From the human T2T-CHM13v2.0 reference genome, Homo sapiens: a DNA stretch of 64,000 bases. The stretch lies in assembly GCF_009914755.1 (NCBI RefSeq), contig NC_060940.1. One strand, 5' to 3'. This document shows positions 62,631 to 64,000 of this stretch, in pieces. The translations under genes and the position numbers were made by a program. How positions within the stretch are numbered: the stretch's first letter is position 1; every line of letters begins with the position of its first letter. The notes beneath the pieces were generated by a model. It ran no database searches. It saw only the letters and a program-made list of their open reading frames with translations, and was not told where the DNA came from.

Positions 62631-63029
62631 TGTATTAGTCTGTTCTCACGCTGCTATAAAGAAATACACGAGACTGGGTAATTCATAAAGAAAAGAGGTT
62701 TAATCGGATTATGGTTCCACAAGCTGTACAGAAGACGTAGTGGCTTCTGCTTCTGGAGAGGCCTCAGGAGGCTTCCATTCATGGCGGAAGGCAAAGGGGG
62801 AGTGAGGAGCTTCACATAGCCAGAGCAGGAGAGAGGGGGTGGTGATGCACACTTCTAAACAACCGGATCTCCTGAGAACTCACTGTAGGGTACCAAGCGG
62901 GGATGGTGCTAACCCATTTATGAGAACTCTGCCCCTATGATCCAATCATTTCTTACCAGGCGCCACCTCCAACACTGAGGATTACAACTAGACATGAGAT
63001 TTGGTTGGACACAGATCCAAACCATATGA
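62631..63029 (-). mobile_element. MSTA/MSTB solo LTR
   Basis: tgtattagtc...gactgggtaatt...ccaaaccatat; 5-bp TSD GCCAT/GCTAT. Confidence 0.88.
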
Positions 63030-64000
63030 GCTATATTAACAATATTACATCTTCCAATCCATGAACCATGCATGGACCATTCCATTTGTTTAGGTCTTCT
63101 TTAATTTCCTTCAATACTGTTCTGTGGTTTTCCATCTACCAGTCTCACACTTCCTTGGTTAAACATGTTTCTTTTATCCCTTCAGATGTTGTTGTAAATA
63201 GAATTGTTTCTTTAATTTCATTTTTGGATTGGGGCAGTCTTTTGAAATAAGGACATGAGTGGGAAAAAGCAGAGGATGGCTGTTGACGCCTAGAGAAAAA
63301 AGTATAAACACAGAGAAAAAAAAAACAGAAGCCAGAAATTACATAAAAAGGAAGGCACCGGGAAAGATGAGAAAGAACAGGGTTGTGGGAGTACTACACT
63401 TAGCAAATGCTTAAGCAAAGTCAAGCTTTCAAGACAAGATTCCTAAAGCAAGGCAGGAGTATCCTAGGACAGACAAAAGCTCACTCGACAAGGCAAAGAG
63501 ACAAACACCAGAGTTTGGACCCCACCAACTCCCTTAGCCAGCTGGCAATATGGTTTCACCACTTCTTAGAAAAGAGGAATGGAGAGGTGTCCTCAAAAGC
63601 CACCACTAGGCTTTCAGAATGTTTTGTGTGTCTGTGTCTTGGCAGAATGAGCCAAACGTACTTTCTTCGTGCCCCATAAGATGAGACACACCCAGCAAAG
63701 GCTGTCCTCATACAGAACTACCTCCAGGTGTCTTTTATACTGCAAGACCTGCACCAAAGGGTTCTACCTATAGAAATCCTAGCACCTAGACATAGTCAAC
63801 CAAGTACATGGCTCCCTCACCCTCCAACCAAAGATGCCATATTTCCATCAGAGTGGAACAAAATCCCACTGTGTTCCTAATGCCTCCTGCAATTTTGCAT
63901 GTGGGAGACATGGCTGGTATGTGACATTCTCTTCTACAGATTGTAATGGATTGGGGAAGGAGGGGGAACTAGAGTTCAGGCCTATCTTTCTAGAGGACAA

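Overview
This is primate (human-like) non-coding DNA with no protein-coding gene, structural RNA gene or CpG island that I can support. The ORF track is explained by Alu, L1, LTR and low-complexity sequence. The window is dominated by interspersed repeats: about 37 Alu/FLAM copies, a nested L1 cluster at about 31-41 kb that includes a 5'-inverted L1PA, many solo LTRs (THE1/MST, MER4, MER34, LTR9-group, MER41B, HML-2 LTR5A, LTR47, LTR16/33, MLT1), hAT fossils (Charlie7, MER3/5/20/53/96-like), L2 and MIR. Subfamily names come from recalled consensus sequences and need RepeatMasker/Dfam confirmation. The most notable unexplained structure is two separate short direct duplications of apparently unique, enhancer-like DNA. 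One is about 260 bp (19940-20844 vs 22361-22621), with one copy split by an LTR9 and the other preserving the empty site. The other is about 175 bp (52676-52854 vs 55654-55828). Several homeodomain/POU/forkhead-motif-rich unique islands suggest a regulatory gene-desert or intron landscape. I found no evidence of a new gene-encoded system.
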